Positions 1-13,121 of a DNA stretch of 64,000 bases are shown one piece after another (position 1 is the first letter of the stretch; every line of letters begins with the position of its first letter). The notes below the pieces were generated by a model that worked only from the letters and a program-made list of their open reading frames with translations, was not told the DNA's origin and ran no database searches. The stretch comes from Macrostomum lignano (lineage: Eukaryota). The stretch is from the NCBI GenBank assembly GCA_002269645.1, contig NIVC01000536.1:186001-250000 (forward strand), written 5' to 3'. A program made the translations under genes and the position numbers.

Positions 1-185
1 TCTCTATCTCCCTCTACCTCTCTCTATCGTCTTCTACCCTCTCTATCTCCCTCTACCCCTCTCTATCTCCCTGTAACCCCTTTATCTCTATCCACCCCTC
101 TCTACCCTCTATCTTCCTCTACCTCTATCTTCTTCTACCCTCTCTATCTCCATCTACCCCTCTCTACTTTCTCTATCTTCGTCTA
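1..185. repeat. Degenerate CT-rich tandem repeat (tctctaccc/tctctatc motifs), truncated by window edge
   Basis: Repeated ctctctaccc/ctctatct motifs visible directly. Confidence 0.7.
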
Positions 186-1084
186 CTTTTATAGGTCCCT
201 GCAATTTAATGTACTACATGCAAAACGCAAAATCGAACTCAATGCCCATGTCCCCGATCTGCATCATTTTCTGTTTCTCAATGCCCTACAATTTACGTGT
301 CTTATATTGCATCGCAGATCATCACACTATTTTGTTAAACTTGGCTTGTTTCATGACCTCTCCTACCTAGCCTATTCTAGGAGTTATTTATTTTCTTCAA
401 TCTAGAAAAATGGTATTTACAATGGAATTAGACATTGTTTCTTTGTGATAGAGATTCCGCTTATTATTTGATTTTCTATTATCGCATTCCTCATCTGTGC
501 TAGGGATGTTTGCACTTTTACTCGCATAGACAGTGTATTGCATAATGACCGCACAATTCAACCTACTTAATATGTCCTGTTTGTCCTGTAAACTTCCAGT
601 GTCACCCATCGGCATGCAAATGCTGTTGTGTTGTAAAACCAACTATTAAACGCCATAATTAAAGGCTAAAGTATTACTACTTAATCCTATTTTTTTACTA
701 ACGCATTCAGTCCGAACTTTTTTCATTCTGTTTTTTTTTTCTGTTGCAATTTATTAAACATAATTCACTTTCTATTTAAGATACAAAGTGCTCCGTTGTA
801 CTTAAACTGCACAACCTTTAATCAAGGTCATTGAAAAATTGCTTTTCAAAATTTATTTAATTGTGTCTATTGGTTTGCAGATAATTATTTTGTATTTAGT
901 AGGAATGTTAAATGTGTTACTGTCTTGATAATTGAGATTATCGCGTTTTCAACTTAATATCATATTTACTTATTTAATATTATTTATTTTGTTACTTTAA
1001 TTAACGAAAAAATAGTTAACATTTTCTATCTAGAATTGCTCCAAATTCCCAATCAAACATTAATCTCCCCAAATACTCTAATCT

Positions 1085-3562
1085 CCCCAAATCTCCATAT
1101 AGATTCGCCTCTAATCTCCATCTAGATTCGCCTATAATTTCCATTTACATGTAGATTCGCCTCTAATCTCCATCTAGATTCGCCTATAATCTCCATCTAG
1201 ATTCGTCTCTAATCTCCATCTAGATTCGCCTATAATCTCCATCTAGATTCGCCTATAATCTCCATCTAGATTCGTCTCTAATCTCCATCTAGAGTCGCCT
1301 CTAATCTCCATCTAGATTCGCCTCTAATCTCCATCTAGATTCGCCTCTAATCTCCATCTAGAGTCGCCTCTAATCTCCATCTAGATTCGCCTCTAATCTC
1401 CATCTAGATTCGCCTCTAATCTCCATCTAGATTCGCCTCTAATCTCCATCTAGATTCGCCTCTAATCTCCCCCAATCTCCATCAGATTCGCCTCTAATCT
1501 CCATCTAGATTCGCCTCTAATCTCTATCTAGATTCGCCTCTAATCTCCATCTAGATTCGTCTCTAATCACCATCTAGACTCGCCTCTAATCACCATCTAG
1601 AGTCGCCTCTAATCTCCATCTAGATTCGCCTCTAATCTCCATCTAGAGTCGCCTCTAATCTCCATCTATATTCGCCTCTAATCTCTATCTAGATTCGCCT
1701 CTAATCTCCATCTAGATTCGCCTAAAATTTCCATTTACATGTAGATTCGCCTCTAATCCCCATCTAGACTCGCCTCTAATCACCATCTAGAGTCGCCTCT
1801 AATCCCCATCTAGATTCGCTTCTAATCACCATCTAGAGTCGCCTCTAATCTCCATCTAGATTCGCCTCTAATCTCCATCTAGATTCGCCTAAAATTTCCA
1901 TTTACATGTAGATTCGCCTCTAATCCCCATCTAGAGTCGCCTCTAATCCCCATCTAGATTCGCCTCTAATCACCATCTATATTCGCCTCTAATCACCATC
2001 TAGAGTCGCCTCTAATCACCATCTATATTCGCCTCTAAACTCCATCTATATTCGCCTCTAATCTCCATCTAGATTCGCCTCTAATCTCCATCTAGATTCG
2101 CCTCTAATCTCGATCTATATTCGCCTCTAATCTCCATCTAGATTCGTCTCTAATCACCATCTATATTCGCCTCTAATCTCTATCTAGATTCGCCTCTAAT
2201 CACCATCTATATTCGCCTCTAATCACCATCTAGAGTCGCCTCTAATCACCATCTATATTCGCCTCTAAACTCCATCTATATTCGCCTCTAATCTCCATCT
2301 AGATTCGCCTCTAATCTCCATCTAGATTCGCCTCTAATCTCGATCTATATTCGCCTCTAAACTCCATCTATATTCGCCTCTAATCTCCATCTAGATTCGC
2401 CTCTAATCTCCATCTAGATTCGCCTCTAATCTCCATCTAGATTCGCCTCTAATCTCCCCCAATCTCCATCAGATTCGCCTCTAATCTCCATCTAGATTCG
2501 CCTCTAATCTCTATCTAGATTCGCCTCTAATCTCCATCTAGATTCGTCTCTAATCACCATCTAGACTCGCCTCTAATCACCATCTAGAGTCGCCTCTAAT
2601 CTCCATCTAGATTCGCCTCTAATCTCCATCTAGAGTCGCCTCTAATCTCCATCTATATTCGCCTCTAATCTCTATCTAGATTCGCCTCTAATCTCCATCT
2701 AGATTCGCCTAAAATTTCCATTTACATGTAGATTCGCCTCTAATCCCCATCTAGACTCGCCTCTAATCACCATCTAGAGTCGCCTCTAATCCCCATCTAG
2801 ATTCGCCTCTAATCACCATCTAGAGTCGCCTCTAATCTCCATCTAGATTCGCCTCTAATCTCCATCTAGATTCGCCTAAAATTTCCATTTACATGTAGAT
2901 TCGCCTCTAATCCCCATCTAGAGTCGCCTCTAATCCCCATCTAGATTCGCCTCTAATCACCATCTAGAGTCGCCTCTAATCTCTATCTAGATTCGCCTCT
3001 AATCACCATCTAGAGTCGCCTCTAATCACCATCTATATTCGCCTCTAAACTCCATCTATATTCGCCTCTAATCTCCATCTAGATTCGCCTCTAATCTCCA
3101 TCTAGATTCGCCTCTAATCTCCATCTAGATTCGCCTCTAATCTCGATCTATATTCGCCTCTAATCTCCATCTAGATTCGCCTCTAATCTCGATCTATATT
3201 CGCCTCTAATCTCCATCTATATTCGCCTCTAATCTCGATCTATATTCGCCTCTAATCTCGATCTATATTCGCCTCTAATCACCATCTAGATTCGCCTCTA
3301 ATCTCGATCTATATTCGCCTCTAATCTCCATCTATATTCGCCTCTAATCTCCATCTAGAGTCGCCTCTAATCTCCATCTAGAGTCGCCTCTAATCTCCAT
3401 CTATATTCGCCTCTAATCTCCATCTAGAGTCGCCTCTAATCTCCATCTATATTCGCCTCTAATCTCTATCTAGATTCGCCTCTAATCTCCATCTAGATTC
3501 GCCTCTAATCTCCATCTAGATTCGCCTCTAATCTCCATCTAGATTCGCCTCTAATCTCCATC
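1085..3562. repeat. 23-bp satellite array (CTAGATTCGCCTCTAATCTCCAT), ~100 copies
   Basis: Period 23 measured (cctctaat at 1321 and 1344). Variant units recur in longer blocks (e.g. aaaatttccatttacatgtag at ~1725, 1890, 2712, 2878). Confidence 0.97.
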
Positions 3563-3579
3563 TTGAATCGCCCTTACCC

Positions 3580-3603
3580 CGCTCTACCCGGCTGCAACTT
3601 CAG
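3580..3603 (+). promoter_or_regulatory. 3' splice acceptor 8 nt upstream of BUB3 ATG (candidate trans-splice or 5'UTR-intron acceptor)
   Basis: Pyrimidine-rich tract ending cttCAG (AG at 3602-3603), then caaccgca-ATG. Confidence 0.55.
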
Positions 3604-3611
3604 CAACCGCA

Positions 3612-6503
3612 ATGTCATCGGGTGACGGTGGATTGCAAACTGAGGTGCGCCTGAAGGAGCCGCCGGAAGACGGCATCAGCGCGGTGAAATTCCAGCCGAA
3701 CTCTTGTCAGCACCTGCTGGTGTCCAGCTGGGACGGCTCCGTGCGGCTGTACGATGTGAATAAGAATTCACTGCGGTCCACCTACTATCATCAGCAGCCT
3801 GTGTTGGACTGCGACTTCTCTGTGAGATTCTTGTGGTACAAGCGGAGCTCTGAGGGTTGGCCTGGGTTAGGGAAATGTTTATGGATGAGTGCCTGAAGCT
3901 GAATGAGTTTTTAGTCTGAAGTTTAGAAGCTTGAATGTTTATGAGCTAAAAGCCTGAAGGGGAGTTCGTAACCTGAAGCTCCAAAGCTGAAGGCCTAAAG
4001 TTCATTAGGGTTGTAGCCTAAATGTGTACGAGGTACTAGCCTGAAGGCGTACAAGGTACTAGCCTGAAGGTGTACAAGGTAATAGCCTGAAGTGTATAGT
4101 AGTAGTCTGAAGTTCTATAAAGTAGTAGCCGAAGGCGTACAGGGTACTAGCCTGAAGGCGTACAAGGTAGTAGCCTGCAGGTGTATAAGCCTGAAGGGGA
4201 GTTTGTAACCTGAAGCTCCAAAGCGGAAGGCCTAGAGTTCACTAGGGTTGTAGCCAAAATGTGTACGAGGTAGTAGCCTGAAGGCGTACAAAGTACTAGC
4301 CTGAGGGTGTACAAGGTACTAGCCCGAAGGCGTACAAGGTACTAGCCTGAAGGCGTAAAAGGTAGTAGCCTGCAGGTGTACAAGCTAGTAGCCTGAAAGT
4401 CAGTTGTCCCTTATACTTGTTAATTTTTTTAATTGTTATAAATTACGAGTATTATAAATTCATCCTCTCAGGAGGCTGCCAGGTCCTTCAGTGGCGGCTT
4501 GGACTGCGTTCTGCTGGGCTACGACTGGACCGCCGGCAAAGGTTGGTGACGTTGTGAGCTCCTGTCGCTTTAAATTTTATATCAACCATTAGAATCGGCA
4601 TTATATCATCCGTTAGAATAGGTAATATATATCACCTATTAAAATTGTTAATAAATTCGCCATCGAATCGCCCCAAAAATCGGCCTTCAAAACCGCACTC
4701 TCCGATCGCCCCGCAGATATCGTAGTCGGCTATCACGACCGACCAATCAGATGCGTTCACTTCTCCGCGGACACAAATCAGCTGGTGACGGGCTCGTGGG
4801 ACAGCTCCGTAAAGCTTTGGGACACCAGGGCGCCCGCATTCAGCTCCATGCACCAGCAGCCGGACAAGGTTTACACCCTGGACACTGCCGGGCACCATCT
4901 GGTTGTTGGTACGGCTGGCCGGCATGTTCTTGTCTGGGATTTGAGACAGATGACTCAGCCGCAGCAGACCAGAGAGTCCAGCTTGAAATATCAGACCCGC
5001 TGCTTGCGCTGCTTTCCAAATAAACAGGCAAGTGCTGGGGAGGGGACTTTTGGGAAATGCGGCTGGGGAGCTGGGTGAAGGGACAGGGTGCAGGGAGCTG
5101 GGTGAAGAGACAGGGTGCAGGGAGTTGGGTGAAGAGACAGGGTGCAGGGAGCTGGGTGAAGGGACAGGGTGCAGCGAGCTGGGTGAAGGGACAGGGTGCA
5201 GGGAGCTGGGTGAAGGGACAGGGTGCAGGGAGCTGGGTGAAGGGACAGGGTGCAGGGAGCTGGGTGAAGGGACAGGGTGCAGGGAGCTGGGTGAAGGGAC
5301 AGGGTGCAGGGAGCTGGGTGAAGGGACAGGGAGCTGGGTGAAGGGACAGGGAGCTGGGTGAAGAGACAGGGTGCAGGGAGCTGGGTGAAGGGACAGGGTG
5401 CAGGGAGCTGGGTGAAGGGACAGGGTGCAGGGAGCTGGGTGAAGGGACAGGGTGCAGGGAGCTGGGTGAAGGGACAGGGAGCTGGGTGAAGAGACAGGGT
5501 GCAGGGAGCTGAATCAAGGGACAGGGTACAGGGAGCTGGGTGAAAGGACAGGGTGTAGGGAGCTGGGTGAAGAGACAGGGTGCAGGGAGCTGGGTGAAGG
5601 GACAGGGTACAGGGAGCTGAGTGAAGAGACAGTGTGCAGAGAGCTGAACGGACAGGGTGCAGGGAGCTGGGTGAAGGGACAGGGTGCAGGGAGCTGGGTG
5701 AAGGGACAGGGTGCAGGGAGCTGGGTGAAGAGACAGGGTGCAGGCAGCTGGGTGAAGAGACAGCGTGCAGGGATCTGAGTGAAGGGACAGGGTGTAGGGA
5801 GCTGGGTGAAGGGACAGGGTGTAGGGAGCTGGGTGAAGGGACAGGGTGTAGGGAGTTGAGTGAAGGGACAGGGTGTAGGGGCATGTAGGGAGAGAAATAA
5901 GGAAGATTTAGGAACAAGGGTGCAGAGATATGCAGGGAAGTGTAAGCTGAGTATTTATGCTAACTTGTAGTTTAGTTCAGCAAAGGTCGAGTAGGTTAGT
6001 GATTATATCATCCTAGTACTGTAAGTAGGCAGTTTGGAACTCGCAGTTCATGACCTAATCGCCTGGCCTTGCAGGGCTACGTCCTGTCCTCAATCGAGGG
6101 CCGAGTAGCCGTAGAATTTTTCGACACCAATCCGGAAGTTCAAGCGAAAAAGTACGCCTTCAAGTGCCACCGGGTGAAGACCCAGGACGCGGAGGAAATC
6201 CATCCGGTGAACGCTGTGGCTTTTCACCGTCAGTTTAACACGTTCGCGACCGGCGGCAGCGACTGCATGGTTAACATCTGGGACGGCTTCAATCGGAAGC
6301 GGCTGATGCAGCTGCACAAATTTCCAACATCAATTTCGGCGTTGGCATTCGCTGACGACGGCAGCATGCTGGCTGTGGCGGCCTCCTATATGTTTGAGCA
6401 GGGGGAGGAGAGCGCGACTGGCCAGCAGCGGGTTGAAGACAGCGTGTTTATTCGGTACACTAGCGACCAGGAGGTCCGGCCCAAGCATATGCCTCAGCAG
6501 TAG
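3612..6503 (+). CDS. BUB3: Mitotic checkpoint protein BUB3 (WD40), 4 exons, ~339 aa
   Basis: Exons 3612-3821, 4472-4541, 4717-5027, 6075-6503 with consistent phases. Motifs PPEDGISAVKF, LLVSSWD, SGGLD, VTGSWD, RESSLKYQTRC, FPNKQ|GYVLSSIEGRVAVE, KYAFKCHR, TFATGGSD, NIWDGFNRKRL. Intron 3 is GC-AG. Confidence 0.96.
3950..4400. repeat. Degenerate 23-bp repeat (TAGCCTGAAGGCGTACAAGGTAC) within a ~238-bp duplicated block, BUB3 intron 1
   Basis: tagcc period 23 (4037, 4060). Block starting cctgaagggg(g)agtt occurs at ~3953 and ~4190. Confidence 0.8.
5066..5885. repeat. 27-bp G-rich minisatellite (GGGAGCTGGGTGAAGGGACAGGGTGCA), ~30 copies, BUB3 intron 3
   Basis: Direct; 9-aa periodicity of the overlapping spurious ORFs. 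Confidence 0.97.
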
Positions 6504-6574
6504 CTGGCTTTGGTCATGTGTGCTGAGTCATAACTGATCATTATTGTACCTGCTCATTAAAAAAAAACGAATAT

Positions 6575-6830
6575 TTTTAGGAAGATTTGTAGGGATGTTA
6601 TAGAGATATTGTAGGGAGGTCCGTAGAATATTGTAGGGATATCGTAGGGAGATTCTTAGGGATATCGTAAGGAGATTCGTAGGGATATTATAGTGATATT
6701 GTAGGGAGATCAGTGGGAATATTGTAGGTATATTCATAGGAATATTGTAGAGAGATTAGTAGTAAGTTTAGCGAGCTTTGTACGAAGGCTCTTATGAGAT
6801 TGTAGGGATATTATTGGTAGGGTGTAGGGA
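6575..6830. repeat. Degenerate repeat (gatattgtaggga-like) downstream of BUB3
   Basis: Recurring tgtaggga/atattgtag motifs. Confidence 0.55.
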
Positions 6831-7836
6831 GTGTGAAAGCAAGGTTGAAGTGGAAAGTAAGGAGGACCCAATGAAAGCGCGCGCCTCCTTCATTCAAATT
6901 GCAGCTTCTCCTTCATCTGTGCTCCGTATAATCCGTACCCACTGTATTCCGAATTTTCCTAAAATAAAAAGTAAATGAAGTGGGCCTTGAATCCGATTGC
7001 TTTCTTGTGTGATTTTTAATACTGTACGTATGACATTGATTGCATCCCTTGATACATTTGATTCCTAGTACAGTATGCCCGCTGCTCTTCTTAAGTGTGT
7101 TAACATGCGTTTATATCATTTCAGTTTATTAATTTATCCTATATTAATCTGTCAGCATTTCTCAGCCATCAGCTAGTTGCTTTTTATTAACTTCGCAGTT
7201 TCCGGTTTCGAATAAAACCTTAGTAACAATAATGAAAAATCAATATTCTTATTTTTTCTCATTCGTCATTTATTTCGTTTTCAAATTTTATTTATGAACT
7301 AGGCGTACGATGAAAATTTATTAACAGGGTAGTACCAGTACTAGCTAAATATGGCAAATTAATTATAGGTCTTGCATTTTTTGCGTCTACTTTAAGTAGT
7401 ATAAAAATATATAGAATAAATTCAACGTGTGACTCATGCAGATTGGTCAGTTCAGTTGAAACTAATCTAGAGAAGAATAAAGCTGCGTGTTGCAACATCA
7501 ACAGAAATTGTTTTCACAAGCTGCATGTGAAAATGACGAAATAGACTTTTTTCAAAGCAGAGAATTAAGAGATGAGAAGAAATCTGGCTTCATTGAACGG
7601 TATCTTGATGAACCTGTGAGTGCACCCAAGGACTACTCTACATTTCTAGGAAAATTTTAGAAGGCAGGTTTCACCGAAAAAATACATTACAGAGAATGGA
7701 GGTCTTCATTTTTCAGCACATAAATTGTTATTGCTTTCTTTTCCTTACGTACATGTTCTGTGTCTAAAAATCTTAAAAATTGCAGAGCTCGACTCGTTGG
7801 TTTTATGAATCTTTTTATCATTCTGTTACAACTTAC

Positions 7837-8539
7837 AAGCAAGGACGACTTAAGTAGAAGGACGGGAAACCTCGTTTCTTAGAAAAGTTTTGAAGGCACT
7901 TTTTCCCGAAAAAATACACTACGGAGATAGGAAATTTTCATTTTTTCAGCACAAAAATTGTTATTGCGTTTGATAGGAGGCAGATCCTGTGTTCATCTTT
8001 TGATATGTTGTGCCTTTTTATTGCTCTATCGATATTAATAAAGCTTTTTGTTCAGAAAATTAGGATTCTATGTTAATTTTTTATTCTACGTATATTTTCG
8101 CGTGTCTTGTGCTTGAAATACATTAGAATGCCACGGCTCGGCTCTTTAGCTTCATGAGTCTATTTTATCATTCTTACTCGACTGTGTAGCAAATATTTGT
8201 AACAGAGATGATAAAATAGATTCATAAAACCAAATATTGGAGCTGTCATGCATTTTTGTGATTTTTAGATACAGGAAATATACGTAGAATAAAAAATTAA
8301 CATAGAATCCTAATTTTCTGAACGAAAAGCTTTATAAATATCGATAGAGCAATAAAAAAGGCACAACATATCAAAAGATGAACACAGGATCTGCCTCCTA
8401 TCAAACGCAATAACAATTTTTGTGCTGAAAAAAATGAAAACTTCCTATCTCCGTAGTGTATTTTTTCGGGAAAAAAGTGCCTTCAAAACTTTTCTAAGAA
8501 ACGAGGTTTCCCGTCCTTCTACTTAAGTTGTCCTTGCTT
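7837..8539. mobile_element. Long inverted repeat / foldback (MITE-like): ~340-bp arms, ~30-bp spacer
   Basis: 7837 aagcaaggacgacttaagtagaaggacgggaaacctcg is the reverse complement of cgaggtttcccgtccttctacttaagttgtccttgctt ending 8539. Pairing continues to the centre at ~8173/8206. Confidence 0.75.
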
Positions 8540-9458
8540 ACAAGTTTTATTACACAGTTAGCTAAGAATGATTCGAAAGTCTAGAAAAGCTAAAAAAAAC
8601 TGGAAGTTAAAACCGGCGACAAATTGCAATTTGCATCTATTTCCATATTCTTATGATGCTGTATTGTAGTGTAGGCCTGTAGGCTGCCATGGAGATAATA
8701 GAGATATTCCCTCATTGACCTTCATTTGCCTCAGAATTGTTTGCTTTAGTGTGATTCAAGGAATTCTTAGAATTTCCAAGGGAAACGGATTATGGACAAT
8801 GGTAGGGCCTTGCCCTCGGGCCTCAATTGTCAATTCCCATTGGTAAGGGCATCCCATGCCACGTGAACTCTTGCAAATTGCAGCCGGTTCTGACATGGAA
8901 AACTTTTCGGTTTTTCCAAGAACTGCCGCTTGGGGGATGGGGTGGGTAAGAGATTCAATGTACACTCACTGTAGGAGAGGGTTTGAATGTATTGTACACT
9001 GAAGCCCCGCGGCCGTGCGCTCTTTCTAGGCTAGGCTTAGTAAACGTAGAGCCTCAGCCGGAGCGTGGGCTTCACTCGGAAAATCCGAGTAAAATTTCTC
9101 GTTTCGCGGCTGTACGCTCGTACACATCTCATTATTTTTTGTTTGAAGCCTATAAGTTCCAAGTATTTTATCATTTTATATGCGAACACTCTCTAGGTGT
9201 GCTGTTCTCTTTAGGTGTGCTGTTTAACATTTAGCATCAAACAAGGCACTAAAAGCCTTCAACATAGATTTTTTTCCGATTCCAGCTGTAAATTAATATG
9301 AATCTGTAAAACTTGTTTACATATTCATATTCATTTACAGTTTAATTATCGAAACCAGTTCGGATTTCAGCTTCGAAACTTTTATTTTTATTCTTGTACC
9401 TATTGCAGGGTTTACTGCAAAAGAAATTGAAATCAAAAGAATTTGAATCAATATTGCA

Positions 9459-11072
9459 ATGGCCCATCAAGGTAAGAAGAGTGGCAGCGGCAAGAAGTAC
9501 GAGGATGCGAAGCCTTCAGATTCCAAACCTATAAAAAGGGACATTCAGTTCGACTCGATTTCGGAAAAGTAAGTAGAAATATTTTTCATTGCTAGATTTT
9601 CCATTTAAGCAGAAATTCTAGTAATCGAGCCTTTTCATTTCTTCCCCTATCAGGCCAAAACAAGAGCATCTTGGCTTGAGCCAGAATGTCAGAGACGCCA
9701 AGGACGCTAACGCTGGCGGCGCTGTGGATTTTGACTCGGCTGCTCCCAAAGCCACTTCTTTGTTATCGTCAAAGTCTGATCCGGGCAGCCGCGACCAATC
9801 AGCTAGCGCTTCATTAACCAAACCAGGCTCATCATCAAGACCTGAATTGTCCTCTGTCACTAATAGAGTCCAACAGATGAGCCTAGATGAAGGTATTGCC
9901 ACTGTGGAGAGCATTCCTCAAATCGCTTCTGTTAATTATCCTACAAAGACTCAAGCAGCAAAGACTGTCGACGCCAAGGCGACTGCATTAAGAGCAGAAA
10001 TTTCTGGTCCGGGCAGCCACGACCAATCAACTAGGGATTCATTAACCAACTTCAAAGCCTTACCGCCAGGCTTATCATCAAAACCCGAATTGTCCCCAGT
10101 CACTGAGACTGGTAGAGTCCCACAGAAGAGCCTAGATGAAGGTATCGACAGCTTTGCTCCAATCGGTTCTGTTAAGTCTTTTACAAAGACTGTGGGCGCC
10201 GGGGCGACTTCATTAGGAGCAGAAATGTCAGACTCAAAAGCTGACGAGCTTAGCTGTTACAAAAATGCCGTTACCGCCGCTGTCCACTGCCTGGCCTTCA
10301 CCAACGATCCAGCCAAGGCTATGGACCTTTTGTTAAAACGCTGTCCCCAGACTCTACACAGCGTTGACAACCAGCTGTACCAGGAGAGCCCGCTAGGACA
10401 GGCTCTGCTCCGGGGCCACGCCGGTCTGGCTAAGAACTTTCTAGAAACAGCGGAGAAAGCCGGGCTTGATGATGCGATACTGCGTCATCGCAATTCTTCT
10501 CGGCACACTATGCTTATACTGGCTGTTGACCTGTTGAAGAATGAGCCTAGCAAGAATACAGAGCTCATTGTGCGGCTGCTGAGTAGTTGGTGCGTGTTTG
10601 AACTTGTTTTACTAGAATATTTTAACTGACAGTTTGGTTTGACTGTCTGTCTGTCTGTGTCTGTCTGTCTGTCTGTCTGTGTCTGTTACTTATCCAAACT
10701 TCTGACCGGAGCGCAAAACTTATCTTATCCCTTCCGCCTCCGCAGGCCCACCCAGGTGCACGAATGCTACGACGTCGAGGGTCGCAACGTGTTTCATCAT
10801 TGCGCAGCCGACAACAATCCAAACGCTCTGGCCGCGATATTTAACTGGCTGTCGAAGAATCCTGACCAGTGCGAGCCGTCCCGTGTGGCCGCCGCTCTGC
10901 AAATGCCGGACGGCCGGTGCCGGACCCCCGTGCATTACATGGCCGAACAGGGCTGTATGGAGATGCTGGAAACTGTTCAAAAATTTGCCAAGGATAAAGG
11001 GGTTAAGGTGAGCTATTTTTTGCCTGAATATATTTTTTATTTGAACAGACACTAAGACACTAAGACGGACAG

Positions 11073-11111
<39 letters not shown>

Positions 11112-11791
11112 CAGACACTAAGACATATACAGACGGCCCCATAAAAATCCCACAGATTGATTTCGACTGGCACTGGCGCGGCGCATTCGATCGCACCCCG
11201 CTGATGCTGGCGGCCCAGTGCGGCAACCTAGACGCCTGCCGCTGGCTGCTGAACAACGGCAGCGTTCGGTTGACTATCCGAGCTTCCGACATCGGCCAGA
11301 CGGCATTAGACATGGCCAAGTCAGCCGGGCATGATGAGGTCGCCAACCTGCTCCAATCCGCATTACAGTCAGCTCAGGAGGATGACGATGCATTATCAGA
11401 CTTCGCCGATGACTACAACGAGGATTCAGACGAAGATTTCGGCTTCGAGGAGGGCGTCTGTTCGGCCGCTACTGTGTCCGCTGTGTCCGCTGGGCCGGCT
11501 ACCAACGACCTGGACAAGCTGGACTCCAGCGCCCGCACCCAGCTGTGCGCCCAGCTGCGCGAACTCAAGCTGTACGACAACTTTCTGGACCGGCTGAAAG
11601 AATGCGTGCCCGAGCTGAAAACCAACCCGGGCTTCTTGGAGCTGTCCGCCGATCCGCTCTACCTGTCAATCAGCCTGGCCGCCGGTAGCCGCTCGCACGG
11701 AGTCAGCCGGGCTATGCTGGCCAAACTGCTGTCCGAGATCAACGCGCCGGACAGCCTGGCCAAGGAATTGCGCCTGCTCGAGGGCCAGTAG
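9459..11791 (+). CDS. Ankyrin-repeat protein (about 6 ANK repeats) with acidic linker and C-terminal death-fold-like helical domain, 4 exons, ~647 aa
   Basis: Exons 9459-9568, 9654-10589, 10746-11007, 11156-11791, GT-AG and phase-consistent. ANK motifs ESPLGQALLRGH, GRNVFHHCA, RTPVHYMAEQG, RTPLMLAAQCGN, GQTALDMAKSAGH. The death-like assignment is by eye only. Confidence 0.85.
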
Positions 11792-13121
11792 GGCCGGCAT
11801 AGGAGGAGCGGCGCCGGCCGGCCCCGGGCCAAGGATGCCTGGCGTGGCCAGTCTCAGGGCCGAGTGGGTGGCTTTGCTTTCCATTTGCTGTCTCGAGCTG
11901 CCCCTTGCCAGGCGCCTTTTAGTGTAGTTGTTTAGCTTCACCTAGCCTGTTTTACAAGGTCATTGTCTTGCGTTGAAATCCTGACCTACAGTAGTTTAAG
12001 TGGCCCATTTTCCCTTCTTGATGTCCCTGGACCTCGTGTGATGACCCATTGAACAATTTGCCTTTGAGATCCTGATTTACTGACACGATTTTCCCTTCAA
12101 TCAGAGACCCAAAATTTCCTGAGAAAAAACACCAAGCCTACCTTTTACTCACCTCTCCTACTTTGCAAGGCAAAATGTACTCTGTTATACTCCCGCTCCA
12201 GATCGGCCAACTCTGACACAATGTACTTTTATAGGCCCAACTGCCGCTTTTATCAGCTACAATAATTATCCATCTAATTAGACCTGATAAGCGGCGGTTG
12301 GGCTTGTTAAAGTACATTGTGTCAGAGTTGGGCGATGTGGAGCGAGTATAGCAGCGTACATTCTTGTTGAGGATTGGCTGAGCAATAAAACTGGGTTGGC
12401 TGACTTGAGGGCGCTGATTGAGTTTTATCCATATATACTTATCTTCGAAATCATCTAACTGCACCCATCTATTATGTTATTCAGCTATCTAAATTGCACT
12501 AATTTAGTGCCTGGCAAGCAGCTGGCTTAATTTAATTCGGCTTTCTCTAAAACGGGTGTTTGGTCTACAATTATTATTATGATCAATAATAATAATAATT
12601 TATAAAATAACTAGCACACGCCAGTGTCTTTTGCCGGATTAATTAAGTTTATCGGGACTATAAGCGTATACAGAAAGCATTGCTGACCCTTGTTTGAGAG
12701 GACTGATCGAGCTGGTTATTGCGTTTTTCACCTGAGTTGCTTGCTATGTCCTATTCATGAGTCCGGAGTCTAAGACCCGAGTGAACAAGGACAGCTCACA
12801 GTGTGGCTACTGTGGGTACTTGCGTGTTGTAGTGCTAGCATGTATGCTCGAGCCTCTTAAAATGGTCCTGTTTTTTACGACCGGCTGCTCTCATGGCACT
12901 GGATTTCGAAAAACGAAGAATAAAATTGTATAAATCTTTACTCTCGCATTCATCGCTTGTAAAATTCTGTACTCATTTGCGCGTGTCTTTAATTTTTTAT
13001 ATTTAGTTACTCCTAATTTTCATTGGGAAATTATTTATTATTTAGTGTTGTCTGCTTTGCTACGCTAACAATGTCTGGTAAAATTGTTCTTTCTCTGTCT
13101 GTCTAAATTAAAAATTCTCTT

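Noticed and set aside
4840-5917. Long Pro/His/Cys- or Gly-rich ORFs on both strands
   Set aside because: Products of the 27-bp minisatellite inside BUB3 intron 3.
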